Source: Psilocybe cubensis
Taxonomy: Eukaryota
Direction of reading: 5' to 3'
Assembly (NCBI GenBank): GCA_017499595.2
Contig: CM038999.1
Location: 2,604,001 to 2,668,000, forward strand
DNA length: 64,000 bases
Position 1 is the first letter of the stretch; each line of letters opens with the position of its first letter. Made by a program: the position numbers and the translations under genes. The notes under the pieces are model-generated. The model was not told the origin of the DNA, did not search any database, and saw only the letters and a program-made list of their open reading frames with translations. This document shows, piece after piece, positions 50,936-62,940 of the stretch.

Positions 50936-52765
50936 ATGCAAGCTACTTTAGATGCGTTTTCTTTGAAAGGTTAAAACATCATTTCTACATTCAACATTCC
51001 TACTAATATATATATATATATTTAGTTTTCACCAGATCCTTGACGTGCCTTTCGAAATATGGGGACGAGCTGTCGTTATATGCAACTTCTGACATCCTTT
51101 CGCTCTCTTCGGCCAATTCATCTAAATCTGCTTTCTGTCGCTTCAGATATGACTGCCAGTTCTTTTCAAGATACCGATTAACTGTGCCTAATATAAATTT
51201 GCCTGGAAGCCACGACCAAAGCAACCAAAATGTTAACGGACAAATCATGACCAAAGTAAAGTATCATCAAGGTTGCCATCTCACCGTTGGAACAAATCAA
51301 TATTTTTCATACTGCTTTTAGTCTCTTCTATCCATATTGAAGCATAGAACTGTGGAAAAGTCTGTAGAACAATGCGAGCTCTCGATTGTTGAAGGGAATG
51401 CAGATGAAGAAGACGGTGAAGAAGAAAATTATAGCCTCGAGAGCAAGCTGGTCGTAAGACTGCATTGCAAACACGGTGCGTACCGAACCGTAGGCATGCA
51501 ATTTAATTTTGAAATAATCGCCAGGTGTCATAAAGACACATCGCTTATTGCTAATGAATTCTTCAACACTCATGTCTCCCGGAGTGCCCCATAGCAGCAA
51601 CGAGTCACGGTTAACAATTGGACCAAAGACCATGAAAGATCTTCTCGAACATTTTCCAGTATCTAGAGGGGCGCGGTCGGATCCCCAACTTGTATGGACT
51701 TTCAACGATGATCAAGTCTCTCTCAGAAGTATGGAATCAGCTGTTGATAGTCGTGGTTCGTGTAGTCAAACTCCAACACGAATGTAACTCAAAAATGATC
51801 CACACAGGACGTGGCCAACTTTCTACGGAAATTTCTATAACCACCGAAGAATTCGATACGTACGATCTTTACGAAGAGCCAACGACTATATCTTTCCACC
51901 TTCGCGAATTCACTGTACGCGGCTCATTCCATCATACAAGTATATCCTGAAATTAATGTGGTTTTAGGCAACCATAGCGTTCGCTGATTCCATGTCTTTT
52001 CCTATGGAGGTGCGATTTACAGAGCCAGCTGCCCCCTTGTTTATCGACGTAGAAGGTGATATGCTTGAAGCACTTTTTGTGATATCAACGAGCAACGTGC
52101 CTGCAGGGGTAACCACGGCACAACATCATAGTCAAAGGTACAATGCCAGGAAACGAGAGCGAGCACAATCTACGTCTGAGACTCCGAGGTTCAAAAGACC
52201 AATGAAGGCTGCTCAACCCATAGGACCTGGGAATGATTATAATAAATCCAGTTCTAGCTCCCGAGAAAATTCTCATATGGACGGCTCAATGCCACCTCCC
52301 TCGATTATACCTAACCGTGGATCGTACAATCTGCAGCCCCACAGTACATCTCGTACTGCCGGCTCATCCTCTGTATACGATAAACTGCGTGAAGTTAAAA
52401 AGGAACCGTTATTTCTGCCGTCCTCCCAGATGTCTGAGGCCAATTTAGACGTTTTACAATCAACTGGTCTAGGGCTTGAAAACATGGACGCAGAAGAACT
52501 CACTGAGCTGCTTGAAGGAGAGGGCGAAGAAGTTGATTTTTCCCATATATCGCAGCAGCCTCCTGGAGAATCCCAACACGCAGGGGGTATCGGAGAAGGA
52601 GGCTTCGATCACTCTATGCAAGTCGATCAGGATGATAGCTTTGAACTTGAGGGATTGCCTGCTACCCAAGAACGAGAAAACGCGCACAAGGTACATTTCC
52701 AACGACATGTTTCATTCACATACTTATCACGATGACAGACGTTTCAACCTCTTTTCGATGATTAA
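50936..52765 (+). CDS. rad9: 9-1-1 checkpoint clamp subunit Rad9 (S. pombe/human type, Ddc1 counterpart)
   Basis: MQATLD..FTRSLTCLSKYGDEL, LSSANSSKSAFCRF, LESKLVVRLHCKHGVIKTHRL, ISFHLREF, FTEPAAPLFI; disordered tail with ATQ ending FQPLFDD*. Confidence 0.9.
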
Positions 52766-52823
52766 TCACAGCTAGGAGTACACTTCATTCACATAAAGGT
52801 ACTTTTCAAATATTTTGCTATAC

Positions 52824-54176
52824 TCAAAGAAATAACGTGTCGTCGTAGTCGATATAGGTGCGACCTTGCGGCCATACATCTAATCCTGAATAGAATTGGC
52901 AGTTAATTTCTTTGTGTGTTTCATCTCCAAAATATTCCTCGAGGTCGTCGTTGTCGACTCTTAGCAAGAATTTACAAGGACTAAGACCGTGTTTCTTTCT
53001 GAACTCGCCTACTTTTCCCAATAATTCTTCTTCTTTCTCGGTACCTTCAAATCTGAAGGCGACTTCCCGTAAGCGCGGCCAGGGGGTAAAGGAGCCATTC
53101 TGCCCGGCCACCGTATCAGCCATCAGCAAAGTTACAAAGGAGGATTCTGCTATGGTAGACAATAGCAACGAAAAGGATGCGATCTCCGTGAACGTTTCGC
53201 AAAGGCGTTTATACGTGGCTTCTGAAAAGTCGAAATTAGTGAAGGTAAGTTGAGTGAGCTTCAAGAATCGCGTATTATCGTTTAACTCCCATAATGGATC
53301 GAGATCCTCTTCCTGGACGTCTTTGAGAGTCAAAGACTCCAACTGAGGTGTGTCAATCCCTAGCAACATTCCAGGATATATTTCTCCATCCACACCACAG
53401 ATTCGAAGAGACCGAAGCCCTGTGAGTTGAATGACGTTTGTCCTTCTTGGCCACGTTGCCTCGCCTATTATGTCTCCATAAACTGAGAGGTGTTCCAAAG
53501 CTGGGCTGTGAGTTATGATGGCTCGAAAGGTGGAGTACAAAATTGGGATATGTCCAATATGATCAAGATGCAAGGTGTTCAAAGTCTCTAACCTCGGACG
53601 GAATTGATGTAGGGCTAAACCCCGAAGGCGGACGAAATTTAGGCACGCAGTGCACGCGAAAATCTGGGGGTTAAATATCTGGTTGTTGAAGGCAGTTTGA
53701 TCAGGGCTTTCCACATCATTGACATGAAGAGATAGGTAACGCAATCCTATTGCGGGGCTATTTCCGAGACGCGCAACGACGGAGTTATGGGCCGATTCGA
53801 ACGAGCAACTAAGGGACAGACTGCGCCACCGAGGGGATTGAGGGATAATGAGGTCCATCATAGCATTTACTTCGTCAATATCTAACGGAAAGCATTCCCC
53901 AATTTCGATGACTATGTCAAGCCAACATGATCCGCTACGTTCAATGCATTCTGATATCCATTCAAGTGAGCAAGTTCCGTTGATCTGAAGTGATGTCCAC
54001 AGGCGAGGTGTTTCCAGTGCTACTCGGCGGAAAAACTGGCAAGTATGGGAAACCGCTAATTCAAAGGAGGCCTTTGGCGGGACTCTCCCCTCCTCATGAA
54101 GAGGATCATCATCGGTTATATTCTTTCCAGTTTCAAAAATTGCAGACCAGATTTCGGGCGGCACCTGAAACATCAT
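52824..54176 (-). CDS. F-box-like / LRR-like protein of the expanded Agaricomycete family
   Basis: Intronless 450-aa ORF: VPPEIWSAIF..VSHTCQFFRRVALETPRLWTSL, RWRSLSL, repeated LxxLxL. Confidence 0.85.
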   Translation of the reverse strand: MMFQVPPEIWSAIFETGKNITDDDPLHEEGRVPPKASFELAVSHTCQFFRRVALETPRLWTSLQINGTCSLEWISECIERSGSCWLDIVIEIGECFPLDIDEVNAMMDLIIPQSPRWRSLSLSCSFESAHNSVVARLGNSPAIGLRYLSLHVNDVESPDQTAFNNQIFNPQIFACTACLNFVRLRGLALHQFRPRLETLNTLHLDHIGHIPILYSTFRAIITHSPALEHLSVYGDIIGEATWPRRTNVIQLTGLRSLRICGVDGEIYPGMLLGIDTPQLESLTLKDVQEEDLDPLWELNDNTRFLKLTQLTFTNFDFSEATYKRLCETFTEIASFSLLLSTIAESSFVTLLMADTVAGQNGSFTPWPRLREVAFRFEGTEKEEELLGKVGEFRKKHGLSPCKFLLRVDNDDLEEYFGDETHKEINCQFYSGLDVWPQGRTYIDYDDTLFL

Positions 54177-54622
54177 ATCAATGCGATGACCAGCGCTGAT
54201 CTGTAGAAAACATATCGAATTGAGCCAATCTTTCCCTGTACACCATTCACTAGTCGGTACTTACTGAAAAACTATGGTCCACAGGACTTGTCATTTGATA
54301 ATTTTCCTTGTTCGTCCCACTGTAGATATTGGTGGATTTTGTACACTGTTAAAGAGTGCACTCGGATTGAGGGAGTGATGGGGATGCTTAAAGCATCATT
54401 GCCTTGATATGCAACAGCCTGTTCTCGTCAAGTTGGGGAAAGAAGCTAACCGCATACTCCGTCTGGTTGAATCCCGACACCTTTGCATACTAGTAAAGTT
54501 ACATAATGCAACAGTCACTTTATTATACTTTCGAGATCCAGATACAAGTACAATTAGGGGGTTGCATATGCCAGGACTAGCCAGTGCTCAAGACATAAAT
54601 AGATTTTCTTGACGGGTCCCGA

Positions 54623-55516
54623 CTACTTGGTATGCAAACCTTGAGTTAATTTTATCTGTTCGAGAGGTATCGGGTGAAACAACGATCATTGCCACATAAA
54701 CAAAAAAAATCACCTCATTGCTGGTAATCGTTCTCAATTCACCGGGAGTCGACGTTTTGCCTGTCATAGCCCCCACCCCTATTTCAATGGCTCGGCCAAC
54801 TTTCCCTTTTGTAGCATACCAGTATCGTATTTCATCCGGTACAACTTGAATCAAAGCAACACGAGGGTCATTTGAATCCCCTTTGTGAATACCGTCCTTG
54901 AGGTCTCCGAACCATGCAGAGGTCCTACCGGTGTGGAAGAGTGAGTGAGTAAAGTCGCACATGAAAAGGATGGAGCTAGACTGACGCAGTTGACCAATAT
55001 TTCTTGATTTCTGCCGGGTCTTGAGTAACTGTGGCCCTCCCTGAGAATCTGCAAGAAAATTTAAGAATTTTGTTTGTTGATATACTCATTCAACTCACGA
55101 CGCCCAGCTAGTAGTCGTTGGGTTTAAAAAGCTGACGTTGACATGTGAGTCATGCTCAATCTCTTCAAACTTATGCGATACACTATTCGCGAAGAAAGTC
55201 AAGGTTAAATCGGTTTCGGAATGAGCTACTTGCTAGATTTAACCACTCTTCGTGTCTAGATTCACTGTATGACTCACGGTGTACTGGGCTCATGGCACGC
55301 GAATGAAAAGAGCCATCAGAAGAACGGCTCGTTAACATTGCCGTCTCCGTAGACTTTATGATTTCTTTGAGGCCTATCATAAACGAACAATCAACGAATT
55401 TAGAGGTTGGATTATCGCCGGATGAGTTTGAACTTACCAGCGATTTTTTCCTGCGTAGTGACATCGTTGTTCTGAGCCTGTTCAGTATATGGGTCCAGTG
55501 AGCTGTTGCCTGACAT
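54623..55516 (-). CDS. BLI-3 / general stress protein 26-like (pyridoxamine-phosphate-oxidase-like split barrel)
   Basis: MSGNSSLDPYT..IIKSTETAMLTSRSSDGSFHSRAMSP..VNVSFLNPTTTSWAS..AWFGDLKDGIHKGDSNDPRVALIQVVPDEIRYW. Confidence 0.85.
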
Positions 55517-55947
55517 GATATAGTTAAAAGTTAAGAGCAATAAAGGCGAGAGCGTTGGGTTTTATCCCAAAATCCGAACCCTAACTGACGTAGGAGATGT
55601 GGTTCACCAATGACATCATTTCACACACGATGACACACTTGTTTGGCAGTAGCAGTGCCAATAAATCTGGATGCTCCCTGGAAATCAACCATAAGGCGCG
55701 TGAAACATATTTCAATGCATAGGCATTACTTGCGCCCGTTTTGAATTAATCTACAAGTATACTTGGGGTCAGAAATCACAATGCCTCTCAGAGGAGGCCG
55801 ATGAAGAAATAAATATAGCTTGCTAATCTGTTATCAATCCCAAGATGGCGACAGTGCTTCGGTAAATTTCCATTTCGCGAGATATGGGCATTGCGAATCA
55901 TGAGCCCGAAGCAAAGACCAAAGCGTCCCCGAATTGCAGAATTTACC

Positions 55948-56269
55948 GTAATCACAGAACTGTTGATCAATACTAGCTCGTTGTCGTGATCTACCTCTTT
56001 TCTCGCGTTCGAGACATAACAGGTACACCTATCGACTTTTCCAGTAGACCCAGAACGCCCGATGGACTGCAACGAATAAGAAGCTGGGCAGGAAAGACTT
56101 TGAAGCCACAAGTAGGGTATACACAACAACACGAGCTTCGGAAGCCTGGTGGACGAAGATGGGGTGCAGCTTTCCTTGATCATCGGATTATAACCCGCGC
56201 TCTGGAAAACGTACCTGACAGACAAAAAGGCAGAACTTCACCTACAAAATAGGGTCTACTTGTGATTGC
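55948..56269 (+). ncRNA. Nuclear RNase P RNA (RNase P/MRP family; P preferred over MRP)
   Basis: P1 55948-57/56260-69; P2 55960-64/56229-33; P3 55973-78/56082-87; CR-I GGAAAGACUUUG 56091-102 pairs with CR-V ACAAAAUAGGGUCUA 56244-58 (P4 pseudoknot); P10/11, P12 and UGGAA (CR-III) present. Confidence 0.72.
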
Positions 56270-56594
56270 ACATTGAATGCTCAGAAGCAACGTAGAACCT
56301 TTGAGGACGATCAAAAAGAAACGAAAGTTAAGAATCACGAGAAGCTGATACATGAGGGGCTCTAGATTTGAATAGGAACGGATTGAGGATGACTGAAAAA
56401 TTGAGGATGACAGCGGAGAGTGTGACTGTAGCATGGGTGTCTTCTCAAACATCTAGAAGGAGCAGGTGTGAGCTGTCAAAAACATAGCAGAACACTTGAA
56501 ATATGCATCCATGAGGCCTGTGTTGATATAACAACATTTTAAAGAACAGTGGTGGTGAATAGAAAGAATATAACATAACAGATAAAATGAAAGT

Positions 56595-57336
56595 CTACTG
56601 GGGGGATGAAGATGTAGGCTGTGGTGAGATTGCTCCGGGTACTAACATGGCAGGTTAGAATATCTATGTGACATAGTATTTAGGGCACTTACATGGTGCC
56701 ATTTGTGGCCGTTGCCCTTCACTAAATACACGGGACATCAAAACACCTACTCCTTCGAAAACACCGAGAAGGATGCCGCAAGCAATGGCAGAGCCAAGAG
56801 CCGAACGTGGCCCACCTATTTCAAGATTTCACATTAAGAATTGTAAATATAAACTAATGGGCCCATCCTGCAGACGGCGTCGGTAGAAGAGAGGAACTCA
56901 CTGCGAAGAGCCAAACATCCACCTGTCATGAATCCTGAAATAATGGCGTTCCATGCGTCCTCTTTTTGCCGCCATCCCTTGATAGCACAGTCAAACGTTG
57001 AGAACATGCCACCCCATACACCGAAATTTCCACCGGTCACGGGTGCACGCGCTTTCATGGAAGAAATAGCCCCGACGAACCGTTCGCCCTACAAAAAATA
57101 GTTTACAGCTCAGCACAAGAAAGGGCCAAAATCGTAAAGACACATACTCTCGGTGAGTTCCTAGCGCCTTTGATACCATACCAGATACCACCGCCGACCG
57201 CTCCCATTGAGAAAGCTCCACCAAAGTCGTTAAGGATAACCCATGGGCTGCAGACGTCGTGTGTTTAGCAAGAATTGGTTATTGGAATGACACAAGGTGC
57301 TTGCCAGGGATCTCTCGTGTGGTCAGAGTGCGACAT
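56595..57336 (-). CDS. TIM17: Mitochondrial inner-membrane translocase subunit Tim17
   Basis: [62 protein letters not shown]. Confidence 0.96.
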
Positions 57337-57583
57337 TTTACAAACGCTCTAAAAAGTAGATAAAAGGTCAAGCGGGGGAACTAGGAGACGAGGAAGACAA
57401 GTTCAGGTGACGGAGGTCGATACCAATGAACTTTGAAGGCGTCAGTGAAACTTTTCCGGTTCCCCAAGGGCACGTGTAATGCCAAGAATTTCAAAAGGCA
57501 CGCACGTGATACTGTCGCGTTGATTTAGCAATTGTTTGAAATGTTTGTTGCAAGTATCTTTTCCACTTCAACCATTCCACAGG

Positions 57584-60127
57584 ATGAACCCCACTCCAAA
57601 GCCTCATCAATCGGTTCAGAGATTGAATAAAGCCTACGTTCAAGTCCCTGACTCTCCTGTTAGCCTCGCGAACTACCGCGCTATTGGTACCTCACCACAC
57701 CCAGTGCCAAGCAGCAGCCTCAAAGAGAACACGCCACTGTCCCCGTTCCAACTAGCCATGTCACAACAGCATACACTTTCATTCACGTCTACAAAGCGCA
57801 AACTAGCGGACCGTGATGCATCGTCTTTTGTATTCGACGGGGTCCATATTAGCAGCTCAAAGAAGTCGCGGCTGTCTACCAGTACTGCGAGTATGGCCCC
57901 TTTGAACTCAAAGGAGTCGAAACCAGTTTTGCCAACGACGAACACGTGTCCCGAATTTCCAAACGGATTTGTTTATTGCCATCAGTGCAACAAGAAACGC
58001 GACGTCTCCGGTAAGGTTGTCTTCGCCCATGTCACGTACATTTTACTCATGCATTGCATAGCTACTCTCCGTTGTACTGTCGTTGAAAAATATCAAACAA
58101 CAAAGGATAAGGCAATCAAAGAACGACTTTGCGTCAACAAATATTGCAAGCAATGCCTGAAAAATCGATACAATAAAGATATAGAAATTCTAAGATCTCA
58201 GTCACAAACTCCAAGAAAGACCATGTCATCTCATTTTAAGTGAGTAGAAAGTGATGTGGATCCATTAGTGTCATCCTCCTGATTTTAAATTATAGATGCC
58301 CTCGTTGTATGGGTGTGTGCAACTGTCCAAGGTGCAGGAAGTCGCAAGGACTCGAGCCCATTGGGTATGTGAGCTTCGTTTTTACGCTGGCCTTGAAATT
58401 AACACAGTATGTGCAGCAATATTCCGAAACCAAAGCATAAGGAGCTTAAAACTACTTCCAAGTCGGCCAAAAAGCCCAAGGCGGACATCGCCTCTGGCAA
58501 GTTTAAAGATATTCCTAAACAAAAACCGAAACTTAAACCACTCCCAACTTTGAAATGGACCCCGGTTCCCGTGAAACTTACCCAAGACCAAGCTGATGAA
58601 CGAATCTTCATCAGGGAATTTATCCTGCGATTTTCCGAGTCTTTAGATCCTGTTATTGCCAAGTCTCATATAGATGAACTTGAACATATTGGCGGTTTTT
58701 TGCGAGCACCTGAAGAAGACGACACGGTTGGTTGGGTTAACGACATGTGCGTTAAAGCTATACTTGTGAGCCTTTTCGGTCTTTTAGCGAAAGACTACGA
58801 CAATGAGACTGCTAGGGTAAGCTCTTTCAAATATCAGTTAGATAAATTACTCATTATTCGCAGCTGATAAAAGTTGCAATCAAAGATTTGAGGGCATCTG
58901 GCGTCAATTTAAATAAACTATGGGCGATATTGGCAACACTACGCGCCAATATTGCCGATGCCAGTTCTGTTGAAGGGTCCGCCACAAGTGCTGCACCATC
59001 GGATACCGGAATCCCACTGAACTTCCCTGATCCCTCACCACCACCTGTTTCCGGCATGGCTAACTCACGGTCACTTCGCAGTCTGCGTCAGTCCGGAGAT
59101 TCTGTCAACATCGTCAATTCAATTCAGATGATACCCGTTATTACTTCTCTTATTCATTTTGCCCTTGGAACTTCTCTCATTCGGGAAGATATCGAACAAA
59201 GTCTGAAAGATAGCAAAGACTTTGTCCGTGACGCCAAAGAGGCGACTAGAATAGAGAACGAACGATGGGAAAAAGTACGGTCTACTCTGGAGTCTTTGCC
59301 CAAAGACAAAGCGCAGAAGGAAGAGGTTAGTTTACATTGCGTGCGTTTTAAGGTCGCTAATCCTTGTTTTCATTTTTTCAATCAATCAGAACAGAATGAG
59401 GCGAAGTACCCATAAAGACCAGATCACAAACATAGACAACTGTCTCAAGATTGTTTCCAAGAGCTTTGTTCCACGTTTCACCACACTCGGAACAGACGAT
59501 GAAGGTCGAGTTTATTACACTCTTTCCCCTGGCGCCACCGAGCGTGAGGCTGCCTTTGAATATCTCGAAGTAGCTTCTAGCGATAAACCAATGAAACCAA
59601 AGAAGCGAGGCCGCGTTCTATCAAAAGAGCACCAACGAGAACTCCGTCAGTGGTCTTGGTTTGTCGCCGTATGGGGAAAAAGACCACTATTATCTCCCGC
59701 TGAAAAGGCAGTCTCGGTCAAGGAAGTAGACCATGATGACAGTGACAACGAAGAGGAGGAAAATATAGACGAAGAAAGATGGTGGGGATTCTATGAACCA
59801 GAGGAGATCAACAAAATTGCTGAATACATTTCCATCAAATCTGGTCTTGATGATGATGCCGACGCACCTGTAAACCAACCTGCGTCTCTCTTGAACTCCA
59901 AATCTACCCAATCGAACAAAGAGAAGACTAGTCTACCCCTTTCGCCTCGCCAAGAACAACTGAAGCGTTTGGTATCCGAACTAAGGGATTATGCCTCTTT
60001 GTTGGAATGGAGATTGCGTGAAGATAAATGCACTCTTGTGAACAGGTTCTTGGGACCCGATGGCAGCGCCAAAGGGAAAACCAAATCATCTACAACAGCA
60101 ATTTCCGTTGAACAATTTTACCATTAA
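57584..60127 (+). CDS. zf-4CXXC_R1 zinc-finger protein with DDT/WHIM-like motifs
   Basis: CHQC..C..C..YCKQCLKNRY..CPRCMGVCNCPRCR; IREFILRFSESL; LGTDDEGRVYY; WWGFYEPEEINKIAEYI. Confidence 0.85.
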
Positions 60128-60477
60128 ACCGGTTTTAGGTGCTACGGATTACTTCACTTGATATCATTATATGTACAATACTTTCGCGAAGGACCGTTGT
60201 GGCATATTCATATTTGGTCTTACGAAGTTAATTTTTGTGTTTGGATTAGTGGTAGATTTACATGGGCATTGACTACAAATAGTTCGCAGTCATACTACTA
60301 ATGTAGTACATAATTTCTGAAATTATTCCTCATGCTATTTATTCGGCATGACAGTTAATGCAACCGGGGAATTGTGGAATTAATCGCATGAAACTGTCAG
60401 CATTAGCAAACCTCGTATATAACAACACACATTAACCAATAATAAACATACAACCGACGCGCATAATCTCTTGCTTG

Positions 60478-61463
60478 CTATCCCAAGTATCGCCATATCA
60501 AATAAAAACAGAAGAAAGTGAAAACGGCACCACCCAAGAAAATGTACGTGTCTTGTGTGCTACAATAACAAGTCAAAGCGTATTCTCTCAAGTAACATTA
60601 AAACCGGCTGACCTTCGTTTCTCAATCCAGCCAATCACATCCCTGCTGAGGCCGAGTGTGTTTGCGGTATCTAAGAGGCGGCGCTGCGTGCCCTTAAGAA
60701 TATTCCGCTGGTCGCGCAGGTTGTCCAAGACCTCCCGCCCCTGAGCTAAAAATTCGTCCAACTTGGTATCGGTGCTTTGAATGAAACTATGTTCGTCCAG
60801 AGCTCGGAATTCGCGACCACCCATGCCTGGCTGGGGGGTTGAGCCGCGGAAAGGGGATTCAGAAACGATTTCATGTTGAGGTCGCAAGCCGGGGTGCAGA
60901 GTAGAGTTCGTGGGCACAGTATTTTGGAACCGCCGCCGTGAATCTGAGGCAGATGAGAGAGAGGCGGAGGCGGAGGAGGCGGAAATCAGTTCTGCGCGGT
61001 TGGCTTCTTGTTGCTATATCTCAAAATCAGACATACTGGCATATATAGGACGAAGGGTTCATACCGCAGCAGCAGCTTCTCCTCGTAGGCGTTCGAATTG
61101 ACTTCTCAGGTCTGCATAGTCTGCGCGAAACTTCTGTACCCGCCTGTAGTTACAAGGTTGAGAGATGCGACAGCCCATGCAATGCGGTGAACATACATCT
61201 GTGCTTTCTCTTGCTTTGCTTTAATGATTTCACGTTTGGTCATAGAATCATAATCGTCTATTGTCCGCTGCATAGCAGACAATGAAGCGGATATTTGGCC
61301 TAGTTTTTCAAATGAGAATGATGAATATTTCGATTGAAAATTCTCTGGACCTTGACGGATATTTACCAATGAGGGCAGATGAAGTGTCGCCATTGCGCAG
61401 CCTTTCCATGTCTGCCTGTAAAGAGTTCGTTTGGCGTACACCGGAAGTATACAGTGAGTTCAT
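60478..61463 (-). CDS. BOS1: ER-Golgi Qb-SNARE Bos1/membrin
   Basis: MNSLYTSGVRQ.., SNARE motif LDEFLAQGREVLDNLRDQRNILKGTQRRLLDTANTLGLSRDVIGWIEKR, C-terminal TM segment ending WRYLG*. Confidence 0.93.
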
Positions 61464-61973
61464 GGTACAATAGAAATATGGACCAAATGAGTGAGGACCG
61501 CGACGGAGAAGGTATTGGCGGTTCTGTGTTGGAGAGCAGTTGCAACGACGACTCCTGCCATAACGTGTATGGGCGTCACGTGCAACGCTAAAAATAACAA
61601 CTTAAACGCGTATATACTTGAGTGAAAAGTCATCTCTGCGTTTTTTAGTAGAGAAATGGACAAGAATATAAACGGCGTGTATACAATCTTTTGGGAATTA
61701 TATTTTCTAAGGGTATCAGCCCCGTAAATCAAAGAGTTTGTTTCGTATAATAACTTGGTAGTATTGTGTTGCAATTGGTTGATTGTTTGATTCATTTAAA
61801 CGGTGTTGACAAATACACTTAGTGCACAGCCACGAGATGCTTTCTCAAGTGCCACAAAGCTTTCACTGCTCACCCTTCAACCTCCATTTTACTCAAATCT
61901 ATACCCCGCCGCTTCGTCTCTCTTCTCGTCTAAAGCTATTTAATATATTACATCCTCTCACGTTGTATCACCA

Positions 61974-62940
61974 ATGGCTTCCCTTCTCGAGCGCATGAAT
62001 ATTCCAACCAACTCTCTTGGCCCCGTTCGTTCTAAACAGTCCAACCGAGGAGCATCGGCTCCGTACGTGCGTGAACTTCCCTGCCCTTCAACATGGACGT
62101 TTGTATGAACCTACATTTACTCAGAATCGCGCCAACCGTGCCCCCAGGGGAGACGTCGATTCACAGTGGTCGCATGATCTTTTTGAATCGCACAACTCAC
62201 TTTCTGCGCGCCTAAATGTGACCCCGACCGCACCGAAAGCGAATCTGAATCCCATAGCTCAGAAAGCTATCCGCGATGCAACGACCGGATCGCGCACGGA
62301 TTCTCTTTCTATCAAAGGCGCTGGTTCTATGGGTAATGTGGTGGAGGTAACTGGTTTGGTGGGGGGTACGACGGCAGAAGACGTTGCGGCTATCTTCAAG
62401 CGCTGTGGTCAAATCACAGATCAAAAGTCTATGTCGAATAACAGAAACGACCCGAGGATCAGGATAACATTCAAAACTGCGGCCTCCGCAACCTCTGCGG
62501 TCCAGAAATTTAACAATCAGCCTGCCGATGGTAAAATTCTGTCGGTGAAGATTGTGGGTGCGTCGGCTACTGGCACATCGTTGGGCGGTCGACTGGGTGG
62601 AAGTGATGGGTTGGATATTGTAAGAGACGAGGGTAGTGTGGATGTTCTCATGAATACGGGCGAAGACACAGGCTCGTAAGTCCATACAGCGACATTTATA
62701 TGAGACATCATGTTGATCATTCTCTATGGACGTAGAAAAATGCGTTCGGATTCTTTACTGAACTCTGACCCCCGAGCGCAGGTTTTACTGGCACCTCCGG
62801 GCGCAGACCCTGCTGACTATACACAGACCCCCGAGACACGAGGCGGCGGACGACGAGGTGGTCGTGGCCGCGGCGGTGCACGAAGTGGCCGGGGCCGCAA
62901 ACGCGGCGGAAACAACGGGGGGCGTATGGAAGTCGATTAG
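61974..62940 (+). CDS. RRM plus RGG RNA-binding protein (ALYREF/Yra1- or POLDIP3-like)
   Basis: MASLLERM, WSHDLFE, RRM (VVEVTGL..FKRCGQI..ADGKILSVKIV), C-terminal RGG repeats. Confidence 0.7.

Noticed and set aside
51006-51021. (TA)n tract in rad9 intron 1
   Set aside because: Ordinary short microsatellite
55577-55585. AACCCTAAC telomere-template-like 9-mer
   Set aside because: Single short match in a promoter with no supporting telomerase-RNA structure
55986-56252. 88-aa plus-strand ORF and overlapping minus-strand ORFs
   Set aside because: Non-ATG starts and no recognisable protein features; the region is better explained by the RNase P-type fold
56382-56411. 12-nt direct repeat ATTGAGGATGAC twice
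   Set aside because: Only two copies with a 6-nt spacer; not an array, no evident function
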